A DNA stretch of 64,000 bases from an uncultured Actinomycetota bacterium (GCA_963803925.1 CAWDOM010000003.1:21216-85215); one strand, 5' to 3'; numbered from the stretch's first letter, positions 19,865 to 29,755 are shown. A program made the numbers and translations. The notes: generated by a model from the letters alone, not told the origin.

Positions 19865-20650
19865 ATGAGCACACTGCTCCTCGTGGTTGAAGACGATCCT
19901 TCGCTCAGGGAGGTCATCCGCCTCGGCTTGGAGGGCGAGGGGTTTGAGGTAGCCGTGGCTGAGAACGGTCCCTCAGCTCTTCTCGCGTTTGCGTCTCAGA
20001 AACCCGACCTCGTGCTTCTCGACGTCATGCTCCCCGAGCTCGATGGTTTTGCCGTGTGCCGTGAAATCCGCAAGATCTCTTTGGTCCCCATCATCATGCT
20101 CACCGCGCGCACGTCGACTCTCGACATCGTCGCGGGTCTCGAATCGGGGGCCGACGACTACCTGACGAAGCCTTTCGAGTTCCCAGAATTGATCGCCCGA
20201 GTCCGATCGGCGCTGCGGAGGGCGACCGCCCTGGCGGTGCGCGAGGAGGCTCATCGCGACGAGCCTGTCATTGACGGCGCCGTGGCCCCAGCCCCGAGCG
20301 ACCAGGCGGGCGGGCAGCCAGTGCTCGCCCCGGGGGCCGCGCCTCTGGGCCTGGGTCCCCTGACGATCGACCCCGCGGCCTATCTGGTACGTCGCGGAGC
20401 CGCCGAACTCGCGCTGACCGCGACGGAGTTCAGGTTGCTCTACGAGTTCGCCCGCCACCCGGGCCAGGTGCTCACGCGCGACCAGTTGCTGGAGCTGGTT
20501 TGGGGGTATACCTACCTCGGCGACAGCCGCTTGGTCGATGTCCACGTGCAGCGCCTAAGGGCCAAGATAGAAGACGACCCCACCCATCCGCTGCTCATCC
20601 TAACCGTCCGTGGCGTAGGCTACCGGGCCGGCCGGACAGAGCTGGGCTGA
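19865..20650 (+). CDS. OmpR-family response regulator (MtrA-like)
   Basis: VVEDD, LLDVMLP, GADDYLTKPF, LELVWGYTYLGDSRLVDVHVQRLRAKIE, LTVRGVGY; about 30 aa Ala/Pro linker. Confidence 0.93.
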   Translation: MSTLLLVVEDDPSLREVIRLGLEGEGFEVAVAENGPSALLAFASQKPDLVLLDVMLPELDGFAVCREIRKISLVPIIMLTARTSTLDIVAGLESGADDYLTKPFEFPELIARVRSALRRATALAVREEAHRDEPVIDGAVAPAPSDQAGGQPVLAPGAAPLGLGPLTIDPAAYLVRRGAAELALTATEFRLLYEFARHPGQVLTRDQLLELVWGYTYLGDSRLVDVHVQRLRAKIEDDPTHPLLILTVRGVGYRAGRTELG

Positions 20651-20658
20651 GGCCATTC

Positions 20659-22125
20659 ATGCCGAGACCGCCGCGACACGCCTCGCCCCTGCGCCACTCC
20701 CTCCTGAGGCGCGTGGCTTTGAGCTTCGCCGTCGCGGTGGTGTTCACCGCGCTCGCGCTGACTCTGTCTGCATACTTCATCACCAAGACCGCCCAAGAAG
20801 ACGATGCGCTCGACCGGGCACTGCGCCAGTCTCGCTTCAACCTCGTGCTGGCCGACGCCATTCTGCCCGCGCTACCCCAGGACGAAGACTACAAACGTCT
20901 GGTGGGCGCCTTCCAGATACGGGGCGACTTTGCCACGCTCATCAAGACCGGTCAGCAACCATATCGCTCAGGCTTCGACGTTTCAGTCGACCTGATCACG
21001 CCGGAGTTGGCCGCCAAGGTCGCCGAAGGCCACGTCGGATATCAATTGATCGACGTCGCCGGGCAGCCCACATTGATCGTAGGGGGTCCGGCCCACTCGG
21101 GGGATATCTCGCTCTACTTCTTCTACCCGCAAGGCGATCGACTCGACCAACTCGCGCAGCTTCGCGACGTGCTCATCATCGGCGGGGTCGTGCTGGCGGT
21201 CCTGGGGGCGTTCGCGGGCTACCTCCTTGCGCGTGGGTTGGTAAGGCCACTGAGAAGGGCCAGCAAGGCTGCCGTGCAGATGTCGCGTGGCGATCTTGGC
21301 ATCCGCCTGCCGACCGGATCTGACGAGTCCGGTGTGCTCGCCGCCTCGTTCAACCGCATGGCGGAGAACCTCGAGGCCAAGATGCTCGATCTCGAGGCCG
21401 GTCAGGCACGAGAGCGACGCTTCGTCGCCGACGTCACCCACGAACTGCGCACTCCTGTCGCGGCTCTCGTAGGCGAGGCTTCGCTCCTCAAAGCGCGGGT
21501 GGCTGCCGAGCCGGACGCCTACTCTCCAGAGTTCACGCGCCTCATCGAGATGGTGGGCGCCGATATCACCCGTCTGAGGCAGTTGGTCGACGATCTGCTC
21601 GAGATCAGCCGCTTGGAAGCACAGGCCGCCGAAACGGTCATCGAACCGATAGCCCTGAGTTCCTTCTTGGAGCAATTGGTACGCGCGCACGGATGGTCGG
21701 AGCAGGTCGCCGTGCATGTTCCGGCAACTGCGAGCACCATCGAAACAGCCCTCGGCGACGGACCTATCGTTGCGGCAGATCGGCGGCGATTGGAGCGGAT
21801 CGTGGTGAACCTCATCGAGAACGCGCTCCACCACGGAGGGGCGCCCGTACTACTCCAGCCCCGTAGCGACTGGAGTGCGGACGGCGAGCGCCTCGTCGCC
21901 CTAGCGGTAACCGACAGCGGTGACGGTGTCCCGCCCGAGCACTTGCCCCACATCTTCGATCGCTTCTACAAGGCCGATCCCAGCCGCTCCTCGAGCCGAG
22001 GAAGCGGTCTCGGACTGGCCATCGCCCGAGAGAACGCCCGTCTTCTGGGCGGAGAACTGACGGTTGCGAATGTGCCCGGGGGCGGCGCTCGTTTCGTCCT
22101 CACCCTGCAGGCGTTCAGAGACTGA
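20659..22125 (+). CDS. HAMP sensor histidine kinase (MtrB-like)
   Basis: Two TM helices, HAMP, RRFVADVTHELRTP (H-box), NLIENALHHG, DSGDG, IFDRFYKAD, GSGLGLAI. Confidence 0.93.
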   Translation: MPRPPRHASPLRHSLLRRVALSFAVAVVFTALALTLSAYFITKTAQEDDALDRALRQSRFNLVLADAILPALPQDEDYKRLVGAFQIRGDFATLIKTGQQPYRSGFDVSVDLITPELAAKVAEGHVGYQLIDVAGQPTLIVGGPAHSGDISLYFFYPQGDRLDQLAQLRDVLIIGGVVLAVLGAFAGYLLARGLVRPLRRASKAAVQMSRGDLGIRLPTGSDESGVLAASFNRMAENLEAKMLDLEAGQARERRFVADVTHELRTPVAALVGEASLLKARVAAEPDAYSPEFTRLIEMVGADITRLRQLVDDLLEISRLEAQAAETVIEPIALSSFLEQLVRAHGWSEQVAVHVPATASTIETALGDGPIVAADRRRLERIVVNLIENALHHGGAPVLLQPRSDWSADGERLVALAVTDSGDGVPPEHLPHIFDRFYKADPSRSSSRGSGLGLAIARENARLLGGELTVANVPGGGARFVLTLQAFRD

Positions 22126-22142
22126 CGAGACCACCGGCCGAT

Positions 22143-22201
22143 AACCGTAACACTATCGTTACGTGATCGCGGCAGGCCTGTGAAGTCGGTGGTCAAACAT
22201 A
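22143..22201 (+). promoter_or_regulatory. Putative response regulator box (GTAAC-N6-GTTAC) plus CAAACATA element
   Basis: AACCGTAACACTATCGTTAC directly after the kinase gene; near-identical to 10598-10617. Confidence 0.55.
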
Positions 22202-22239
22202 CTCGTATGTGTGAGGCACGGTTCAAAGGAGGGAGTACG

Positions 22240-23190
22240 ATGAGAAGCTCGTTCGGCGGTCCGCCCAAGGCGATCTGGATTGCCGGCCTGTTTGTCGTGT
22301 TGATCGGCGCCATGGCCTTTTGGGCGGTCGGCTGCGGCATCGGCGACGATGTCGGAGATGGGGGCGCAGTCAGCACCACGACAACAGTGCCGGAAGAAAC
22401 CACAACGACGGTGACCGAGAGCACGACGACCACCGCGCCGTCGCCCACCACCAGCACGACCATCGCTGGCGACACTACGACCATCAATGTCTACTTCTCG
22501 AGGAACGAGAAGATCTGTGCCGCTACTCGCGTCATCCCCAAGACTCTGGAGGTCGGATCGGCGGCCATGAAAGCTCTCATCGCTGGTCCCACGGCCGATG
22601 AGCACCAGTCTGGGATGACGACCAACCTTCCGGACGGTACGACGTTCCTGGGCCTCGACATCGCAAACGGCGTTGCCACGGTAGACCTCTCCAAGGAGTA
22701 CGCGTCCGGCGGCGGCAGCCTCTCCATGTTCATGCGGCTGGCTGAGGTCGTCTTCACGCTCACGCAGTTTCCCACCGTGGAAGGTGTCAATTTCAAGCTC
22801 GACGGCGAGGCGATCGACGTACTCGGCGGCGAGGGCATCATCATCGATCATCCTATGGGCCGGGCGGATTTCGAGAGCCAGTCGCCGGCCATCCTGGTTG
22901 AGTCACCCACCGTTCTCAACGTGGTGCACAGCCCCCTGCGTGTCACCGGGACGGCCAACGTGTTCGAGGCCGTATTCCGCATCCGGCTCGTCGACGCGGG
23001 CGGGATCCGTCTCCTCGACCAAATGGTGAATGCGACTTCTGGTACCGGAACGCGGGGCACCTTCGACGTGACTCTAAGGTACGGACTCGATTTCGAGGCC
23101 GGGGTCGGCTCGCTCGTCGTCTACTTCGATTCGCCGAAGGACGGCTCCGAAGTGATCGTGGACGAGATCCCAGTCAACCTCCAGAAGTAA
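22240..23190 (+). CDS. GerMN + Gmad2 Ig-like domain lipoprotein
   Basis: SD AAAGGAGG; lipobox AVGC; Thr-rich linker; ALIAGPT, ATVDLS, VVFTLTQFPTV (GerMN); GTANVFEA, GTGTRGTF (Gmad2). Confidence 0.88.
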   Translation: MRSSFGGPPKAIWIAGLFVVLIGAMAFWAVGCGIGDDVGDGGAVSTTTTVPEETTTTVTESTTTTAPSPTTSTTIAGDTTTINVYFSRNEKICAATRVIPKTLEVGSAAMKALIAGPTADEHQSGMTTNLPDGTTFLGLDIANGVATVDLSKEYASGGGSLSMFMRLAEVVFTLTQFPTVEGVNFKLDGEAIDVLGGEGIIIDHPMGRADFESQSPAILVESPTVLNVVHSPLRVTGTANVFEAVFRIRLVDAGGIRLLDQMVNATSGTGTRGTFDVTLRYGLDFEAGVGSLVVYFDSPKDGSEVIVDEIPVNLQK

Positions 23191-23234
23191 GGGCTGTTCT
23201 GCGACGGCGGCCCGCCGGGCGGCTGGGAGGCAGG

Positions 23235-26162
23235 CTACTCCACCTGCGCTGACCCTCGCCGCCTGGCGGGCTTTTTCGTGGCCGTTCTCTGGTGATTTTG
23301 GTACACGAGCGTCGCCTGGAGACGGCTCGATACCCCGATCTTGTGAAACACGTGGTTGGCATGTGTCTTGACGGTCTTCTCGGAGATGAAGAGGCGCGAG
23401 CCGATCATCTTGTTCGACATGCCCAGCGCGATCATCTCGAGAATCTCCCTCTCCCGATCGGTGAGGGCCTCGATGCCCTCAGCAGTCGGCCCGCACGACG
23501 GCGTGTGAGGACTTGGCGCGTCGGGTGACCGCAGCGGTCGGCGCCTCTTGGCTCCCAGTTCTACGTCGGTTGGATAAACTGACCCTTCAGCGAGATCGAG
23601 GTAGTACTCTCGTATCCGCTCGGGCAAGACCGGCACGACCCTCTCGCGCAAGAACGGGCGCGCCCCGAAGCGCTCGCACAGCGCCAGCACGGGAGCCGCC
23701 ACCTTGCTCTCTTGCGCGAGGAAGTGTATGTGACCGTACTCCTCAGCCGCCCGGATGGCCTCAGCCAAACACCGAGCCGCGTCGGCCTCGTGCCCACGCC
23801 GGGCGTGTACCCAGCCGAGATAGAAGAGCGATCGTATCAACGAGTCGCTCAGGTTCCAGCGCCGTGCGTCGCGTACGATCTGCTCGAGTTGATGCCGTGC
23901 CTGATCTTCCTGGCCCACGAAGACGAGGTCCATCGCCACGCCGGCGCTCGCGTGCAGACGCTCGAGTACCGCCAGCCGGTTCTCGTGCACGATCTCGAGC
24001 GCGATACGGTGGTGCTCGAGGGCCCGCTGGGCATTGGAGTTGCGCCGGCAGAGATCGCCAAGCATGTTCTCGGCCCAGAATGCCACCTGAGCGTCGCCGG
24101 TATCGAGGGCCAACGACTGTGCCTTCTTTATCTTGACGACGGCGGCGCGATAATCCCAGCGTCCGAGAGCAATATCGGCCTGGGTCAGCAGCGATGATCC
24201 GTGAAGGAACACGTATCCCCGGCTTTCGATAATGCGGTCGCACTCGGTAGCCGCCTGTTCAGCCCTATCGTAATCACCCGTCTGACAGGCTGCCGCGGCG
24301 AGATTCCGCAGCACGGTCGCCTTGATCGGGGTTCTGGCCGAATCGCTTTCGACCAACGCCTTCTGCCCCCAGCGTAGGGCAAGCCCATGCTGGCCGAGGC
24401 AGGTGAAGAGCCGGCTGCGCTCAGCGTAGACCCTTTGAACGAGTGCGTTCCTGCCTTCTTGAGGCGCAAGCGCCAAAGCCCGTTCCCAGTTCTCGACCGC
24501 CTCGTCCCAGCGGCAGAGGCTTACCAGCGCCGTGCCTTCGGTCACCATCACGTCGATCTTCTGATGTGCGGTTCGCGCCAGCGCGCGACAGCGTTTGAGA
24601 ACGTCGAGACTGTTGTCCCAAAGCCCTTGGCTGTAGAGACAGAACGCGGTGCTCATGAGCACGGGAAGAAGTCCCTCCTTGTCGCCGCCGGCCGACAGGC
24701 TGCGCGCTGCCTGCTCATAGAGTTCGACCGCCTGGACATACTTGGCATGTTGCTGCAGGATGCGGGCTCGCGTCACGAGCACCCAGGGATTGGTCGCACG
24801 GCTTGCCGCCGATCCGGACAAGATGGAGTCGGCCCACTCGTCTCGAGTCAGGCTCACGGTGGCGGATAGGGACGAGAGCATGAGCGGGCGGAGGGGTCGG
24901 CCGGCCTGCTCGAGCCGGCCGGACCTGATGTACAGCGAGGCTGCGTGATGGTACTCGCCGTTGCGCTCGAGATGAGCGGCGGCTCGGTCGAGAAGACCTG
25001 CCCGATCGTCCGCGCGGGCGAGACGCTCCGCGTATGCTCGTAGCAGCGGATGCAGCGTGTACGTACGCAGCCCCGTGCTGGCGACCAGATAGCCCTGCGA
25101 CACGAATTGGTCGAGCAGCTTTTCGGCCTCGCCAACCTGTCCGGGCAGAAATGAGTCGTCACGCGGGAACATGACCCGCGGGAGCATCGCAGCGGCCAGG
25201 ATGATGTGCGCCTCGGCCGGTTCCAGGCCCGAAAGGATGTCGCGCTCCAGGTAGGCTCGCAGGTCACGTCCCTTTGCAAGGATCGCGGTGATATTCTGCC
25301 GATGGACCTCGGAACCCTCGGCCAGCAGGCGCCGGCCCAATAGCACTAGTGCGGCCGGCCATCCGTGGGTCATGCGCCAGAGAGCTCTCGCCTCGGCGGA
25401 AGTGAGGCGGATGCTCCAGGTCTGCCAGGCCCACGCGCCGACCTCGCTCGGTGTCAAACGGAGCTCTCGTCCCTGCAGATTGACCAGCCTGCCTCCAAGA
25501 TCGACTCCGGCCAGTCGTAGGGGCAACGGCCTTCGGGAGGACAGCACCAGCGTCCAATTGGGCGGTAGCCCTCGGACGAGTAGATTGAGCACTGTCGCGA
25601 CGCCGGGCGAGGAGTCGGCAAGGTGGAGGTCGTCGATGGCGATGACCGTGGTCTGCCCTGCCAGGCCCGAGATATGATCGACAAGAGCCGCCGTGAGGTC
25701 GAGCAGCGGGCCGTCGCTCTCGGACATCGCCGTCCACGCGAGATCGGCCGGCTGGCTCACGTGGGGCATGCCCATGCCAAGACCTGCCATCAGATAAGCG
25801 AGGAATCTCTGAGGATCTCTGTCGCTCTCGTCGACCGAGAAGTAGAGGGTGCGGCCGGATACGGAGCCGAGTAGGTCGACGACGAAGGCCGTCTTGCCGT
25901 ATCCGGGGCCGGCGACCAGAGATATCACCCCTCCGCCCCGTACCGCGTCGAGAAGCCCGCGGAGCCGAGGCCGTGACAGCACGAACCCCATGTGGGGAAG
26001 ACTGAGCTTTGCAGCCACAGTCCTCACCCGTTGCTCTGCTATGTCGCATGGCCCGACCACCGGCATCTCCCCCCGCCGATCTCGGTGACAAAGCACATCC
26101 GCCTCGTAGTCGACGGCGGTAGCCATGGTATCAACGTGAACCACTGTGTCAACGCTGCTCAT
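23235..26162 (-). CDS. MalT-like STAND ATPase/TPR/LuxR transcriptional regulator
   Basis: KLSLP...SRPRL, AGPGYGKT, IDDLH, THGWPAAL, TPR-like helices, LTDREREIL...GMSNKMIG..LFISEKTVKTH. Confidence 0.9.
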   Translation of the reverse strand: MSSVDTVVHVDTMATAVDYEADVLCHRDRRGEMPVVGPCDIAEQRVRTVAAKLSLPHMGFVLSRPRLRGLLDAVRGGGVISLVAGPGYGKTAFVVDLLGSVSGRTLYFSVDESDRDPQRFLAYLMAGLGMGMPHVSQPADLAWTAMSESDGPLLDLTAALVDHISGLAGQTTVIAIDDLHLADSSPGVATVLNLLVRGLPPNWTLVLSSRRPLPLRLAGVDLGGRLVNLQGRELRLTPSEVGAWAWQTWSIRLTSAEARALWRMTHGWPAALVLLGRRLLAEGSEVHRQNITAILAKGRDLRAYLERDILSGLEPAEAHIILAAAMLPRVMFPRDDSFLPGQVGEAEKLLDQFVSQGYLVASTGLRTYTLHPLLRAYAERLARADDRAGLLDRAAAHLERNGEYHHAASLYIRSGRLEQAGRPLRPLMLSSLSATVSLTRDEWADSILSGSAASRATNPWVLVTRARILQQHAKYVQAVELYEQAARSLSAGGDKEGLLPVLMSTAFCLYSQGLWDNSLDVLKRCRALARTAHQKIDVMVTEGTALVSLCRWDEAVENWERALALAPQEGRNALVQRVYAERSRLFTCLGQHGLALRWGQKALVESDSARTPIKATVLRNLAAAACQTGDYDRAEQAATECDRIIESRGYVFLHGSSLLTQADIALGRWDYRAAVVKIKKAQSLALDTGDAQVAFWAENMLGDLCRRNSNAQRALEHHRIALEIVHENRLAVLERLHASAGVAMDLVFVGQEDQARHQLEQIVRDARRWNLSDSLIRSLFYLGWVHARRGHEADAARCLAEAIRAAEEYGHIHFLAQESKVAAPVLALCERFGARPFLRERVVPVLPERIREYYLDLAEGSVYPTDVELGAKRRRPLRSPDAPSPHTPSCGPTAEGIEALTDREREILEMIALGMSNKMIGSRLFISEKTVKTHANHVFHKIGVSSRLQATLVYQNHQRTATKKPARRRGSAQVE

Positions 26163-26205
26163 CGTTCTTCTCGCCTATCTAGAAGGTAGTGGTGGCAACG
26201 GGTGC

Positions 26206-26233
26206 GATCCGGCGCCCGCTGGGGCGCCGGATC
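26206..26233 (-). terminator. GC-rich hairpin downstream of ssb
   Basis: GATCCGGCGCCC-GCTG-GGGCGCCGGATC, 12-bp perfect stem, 16 nt after the ssb stop; no U tract. Confidence 0.6.
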
Positions 26234-26249
26234 TGGCCGGCAGGCAGGC

Positions 26250-26537
26250 TCAGAGATACTCGAGACGCTTGGCGACCACCGAGACCGCCTTGCGCTCCTC
26301 GCCATCCTTCTCGTAGACGTCCTGGCGCAGACTACCTTCCACAGCGATGCGCCTGCCTTTGCCGAGATGGTCGCCGGCCGCCTCGGCCTGTGAGTTCCAA
26401 GCCTTGATCCTGAAGAAGTCGGCCTCTTCCGCGTTCCGGTCGACCGCCAGGATGAAGCTCGAGACCTTTGACCCGCCGTTCACCTCCTTGACGTCCACGT
26501 CGGTGGCCAGACGGCCGATCAGGTGCACGCTGTTCAT
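26250..26537 (-). CDS. ssb: Minimal single-stranded DNA-binding protein (OB fold only, 95 aa)
   Basis: MNSVHLIGRLATD...FILAVDR...ADFFRIKAW...AE....LGKGRRIAVEGSL; SD AAGGAGG; no acidic C-terminal tail. Confidence 0.92.
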   Translation of the reverse strand: MNSVHLIGRLATDVDVKEVNGGSKVSSFILAVDRNAEEADFFRIKAWNSQAEAAGDHLGKGRRIAVEGSLRQDVYEKDGEERKAVSVVAKRLEYL

Positions 26538-26581
26538 GGTGTCCTCCTTCGTTTGCGTGGTCGCCCCCTTCGGGGAATCGC

Positions 26582-26627
26582 AGCGTACCGGGACGCGCCG
26601 CGTGGCTGAATACAACCAAAGATGGAA
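26582..26627 (-). promoter_or_regulatory. ssb promoter module copy 1
   Basis: Minus strand TTCCATCTTTGGTTGTATTC-N20-TACGCT; conserved with identical spacing in copies 2 and 3. Confidence 0.7.
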
Positions 26628-26656
26628 TTGAGAGCGAATCGGCCCACTGTCTTGCG

Positions 26657-26680
26657 GGGTGAGCGCTCACCCAATACAAT
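26657..26680 (+). promoter_or_regulatory. Perfect 16-bp palindrome (probable TetR operator) next to TACAAT -10 box
   Basis: GGGTGAGCGCTCACCC (26657-26672), then TACAAT (26675-26680), upstream of the ABC-TetR operon. Confidence 0.7.
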
Positions 26681-26728
26681 ATGCCCCCAGAGGGTGGGCG
26701 CTTGCCCTGAACAGCACTGGAGGTCGAG

Positions 26729-27672
26729 GTGTCCGTAATACGAACCGACAAGCTCAGTCGGCACTTTGGTGACGTGATCGCACTCCGCGAGCTTGACCTG
26801 GAGATCGCTGGTCCTGGGGTGATCGGTCTGGTGGGCCCCAATGGCTCGGGCAAATCGACCTTGATCAGATTGTTTGCTGGGACTGATCAAGCCGACGAGC
26901 GGCAACGCCGCCGTCTTTGATTCGCCCATCTCCCGTCCTGGAGAGTACGCGCACCGGGTCGGAGCACTGATGAGAGTCCCGCCTTCGTTCCCTCGCTCTC
27001 GGCACGGGCCAACCTGCGCTCGCTGGCCCGTCTGCGCGGCATCTCCGACACCCGGGTCGATGAGGTGCTTGCGACCGTCGGCCTGCTCGATCGGAGCAAG
27101 GAGCCGGTGAAGAGGTTCTCGCTAGGCATGAAGCAGCGCTTGGGGATCGCCGCTGCCTTGCTCCCCGATGCCGAACTCCTTGTGCTGATGAACCGACCAA
27201 CGGCCTTGACCCTGCCGGCATCGTGGAGATGAGGCAACTGCTGCGCTCTCTGGGAGACCAGGGACGAACGGTGATCGTATCCTCCCATCTCTTGAGCGAG
27301 ATCGAGGCGGCCTGCGACAGCCTGGCCATCGTCCGTTTCGGGCAACTCCTCTTCTCGGGTCCCCTCGCTGACCTGGTCTCCCGGGCGGGGGAGAGCATCG
27401 AGATCGCGCCGGAACATCCGGCCGACGTCGAGAGCCTCGCGGAGGCGTTGCGGGCCGGCGGCTGGAAGGCATCGGTGGTACTGGACGAGGTCCATGTTTC
27501 GGCACCCGTCTCCCGGTCGGCCGACGTCAACCGGGCCGCGGCCGAAGCCGGGATCGTCCTGCGCGTACTCCGGCCGCGCGAAGCCAGCCTGGAGGAAGTA
27601 TTCCTGCGAATGACCGGCACGGAGTCGGGTGATAACGGCCGCCTGGCGCCTGAATGGGAAGGGGTGGCGTGA
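26729..27672 (+). CDS. ABC transporter ATP-binding protein (three frameshifts at about 26875, 26970, 27188)
   Basis: GPNGSGKST; [16 protein letters not shown]; (D)[10 protein letters not shown]; VSSHLLSE, spread over different frames. Confidence 0.85.
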
Positions 27673-28463
27673 AGATGCGCGAGTTCCGTAGCGAATGGAC
27701 CCGACTGATGAGCCGCAACTATATCCTCGGGGGCATCGGACTGATGGCCGCGTTGGGGCTCATCGTGACATTCATCGTCTTCTTCACGGCGACCGCGGAC
27801 TCGGGGGTGACGATGCCGGGCGGCCCGAGCGTGTCGGTGTCGACGCTGGAGGCCCCCGATGGCATGTTCGCGGGACTGAAGCTGGCGTCCAACATGTGGG
27901 GACTCGTAGCCCTCGTGGTGTGGGCCATCTTCGCTTCCTCCGACTACTCGAACGGCCTGGTACGGCTGCTCGTCCAAGCCCAGCCCAACCGTCTCAGACT
28001 GCTCGGTGGCAAAGTGGTCGCCCTCGCGCTGTTCACGTGCATCGCGACCCTCGCGACAACCCTCCTCGTGTTGATCGCCTCCCCCGCTGTAGCGGGAGCA
28101 ACAGGGATATCGGCGGAGGCGTGGCGCACGGATATGGTCCAGACCCTCCTCAATGGCTATCTGCATCTGACTCTCGCGGCCCTCATGTGGGGGTTCGTCG
28201 GGCTCTTCGTCGGAGTCATGACGCGAAGCACGGGACTCTCCATCGCCGTGGGGATTGGCTACCTACTGGTGTTCGAGATGGTGCTGACTCTATTGCTGGA
28301 CAGTGGGGCCAAATGGCTTCCCGGATCTTCCTTCGGCACCGTGGCGGCGGGAGGGACAGATGATATGTCATTCGCCACAGGCCTGATGGTGGCCGTCGGA
28401 TATGTGATCGTCACGCTCGTGATAGCGACGGTCACGTTCCGGCGGCGCGACATCACAGCGTGA
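27669..28463 (+). CDS. ABC-2 type exporter permease
   Basis: RSEWTRL N-terminus, 6 TM, DYSNG..R.LLV.QPNR..LLGGK, C-terminal FRRRDI. Confidence 0.88.
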   Translation: MKMREFRSEWTRLMSRNYILGGIGLMAALGLIVTFIVFFTATADSGVTMPGGPSVSVSTLEAPDGMFAGLKLASNMWGLVALVVWAIFASSDYSNGLVRLLVQAQPNRLRLLGGKVVALALFTCIATLATTLLVLIASPAVAGATGISAEAWRTDMVQTLLNGYLHLTLAALMWGFVGLFVGVMTRSTGLSIAVGIGYLLVFEMVLTLLLDSGAKWLPGSSFGTVAAGGTDDMSFATGLMVAVGYVIVTLVIATVTFRRRDITA

Positions 28464-28502
28464 GCCGCGCCAGACGAGCCGAGACGGCCTGAAGGAGGTC
28501 CC

Positions 28503-29141
28503 GTGAATCCGAAGCCAGATACCCGTCCGACCCGCCAGGCTCTGATGGACGCAGCTCTCGCGGTGTTCGCGGAGCGCGGTTTTGCCCGGGCGACCACCCG
28601 TGAGATCGCCCGCAGAGCCGGGCTGTCCGAAGGCACGATGTACCGGCACTTTACCGACAAGTACGAGCTGTTCCATCAGGTGTTCCTGTCTCTCGTCCTA
28701 GATATAGGGAAGGAGCTCAAGCGACTCCCGGAGCGTGCCGGTCAGAACACGGTGCGCGACAACTTGGAGTACCTGTTCTTGTTGGTGGGGCAGATGCAGG
28801 GAGACTTGTCGTCGCTAATGGCCTCCACGTGGGCCGATCCCGACCTTAGCAGAAGCTTCGACTCCTACGTGCGGGAGAAGTCCCCCGGGGGTTTCATGCG
28901 ACCGGAACCGGTTGCGATCGTGGCTGAGTACATCCGGGCGGAGCAGGAACTCGGCAGGATCAGGCTCGACGTGGACGCTATGGAGGCGGCCGCTGTGGTT
29001 GCGTCCGTGCCCTTTGCTGCCGGGATGGAGCGAGCCCTGTGGGCCAACTTCGCGCCCGGCGGAGGGCCGAGCGCACATGGGGACTTCCCCGTACCGGCGG
29101 CGGGTGCTTTGGATATCCTGGCTCGAGGTCTGGCCCCGTAG
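28503..29141 (+). CDS. TetR family regulator
   Basis: ALAVFAERGFARATTREIARRAGLSEGTMYRHF..K HTH; SD AAGGAGG. Confidence 0.93.
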   Translation: MNPKPDTRPTRQALMDAALAVFAERGFARATTREIARRAGLSEGTMYRHFTDKYELFHQVFLSLVLDIGKELKRLPERAGQNTVRDNLEYLFLLVGQMQGDLSSLMASTWADPDLSRSFDSYVREKSPGGFMRPEPVAIVAEYIRAEQELGRIRLDVDAMEAAAVVASVPFAAGMERALWANFAPGGGPSAHGDFPVPAAGALDILARGLAP

Positions 29142-29242
29142 TCGCTTCGAGACGGGGTTTTTCGACCCGTCCCGACCTAGCGCGCTGACTTCTTGGCCAC
29201 CAACTGGCGCGGCCGGAAACGTGCCTGCTCACCGTGACTTCT

Positions 29243-29270
29243 GTCGCAGAAGTGCAAAGCCCGCCTCTTC
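29243..29270. repeat. 28-bp junction repeat copy A
   Basis: GTCGCAGAAGTGCAAAGCCCGCCTCTTC, 26/28 identical to 31995-32022. Confidence 0.85.
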
Positions 29271-29300
29271 GACGAGATCGTGGTGGACCGGGCCAAGCGG

Positions 29301-29525
29301 TCACGGATGCCTGCACGTGAGCGTGTGCGGATTCGGTGGCGGTAAGAGACTTCTATTTGCTTTTGACGCCTCTGCCTGCGAATTCCAGGCTTTGATTCGG
29401 AAAAAGTCCGCCTCTTCGGCGTTGCGGTCCACGGCCAGGATGAAGCTGCTGACCTTGGATCCGCCGTTCACCTCCTTGACCTCCACGTCGGTGGCCAGCC
29501 GGCCGATCAGGTGCACACTGTTCAT
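29301..29525 (-). pseudogene. ssb: ssb copy 2, 3'-truncated after ...WNSQAEA
   Basis: First 53 aa identical to the intact ssb except one D>E, then an unrelated tail. Confidence 0.9.
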
Positions 29526-29605
29526 GGTCGCCTCCTCCTCGTCGCTTTGTTCCTGCTGCTCCCAGTCCTAGTGGCTCGTGGCTTCTCAGCGGGCCGGGCA
29601 GTTGC

Positions 29606-29651
29606 AGCGTAGCGGGAGTAGCGGCCCGAGCGAATACAACCAAAGGTGGAA
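29606..29651 (-). promoter_or_regulatory. ssb promoter module copy 2
   Basis: Minus strand TTCCACCTTTGGTTGTATTC-N20-TACGCT. Confidence 0.7.
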
Positions 29652-29755
29652 CTGCGAGGGTGAGCGGCGACCAAGGCCGCCTGAGGTCACTCCACATCTT
29701 GATATCCTATTCTAAGAAATGTGGTAGCAGTCGCTATGACCGTGAGGGATGAGCT

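Noticed and set aside
29690-29727. NrdR-box-like sequence (CCACATCTTGA...AAATGTGG) before the oxidoreductase
   Set aside because: Only a partial match with wrong spacing and no functional rationale; may be a different operator but unsupported
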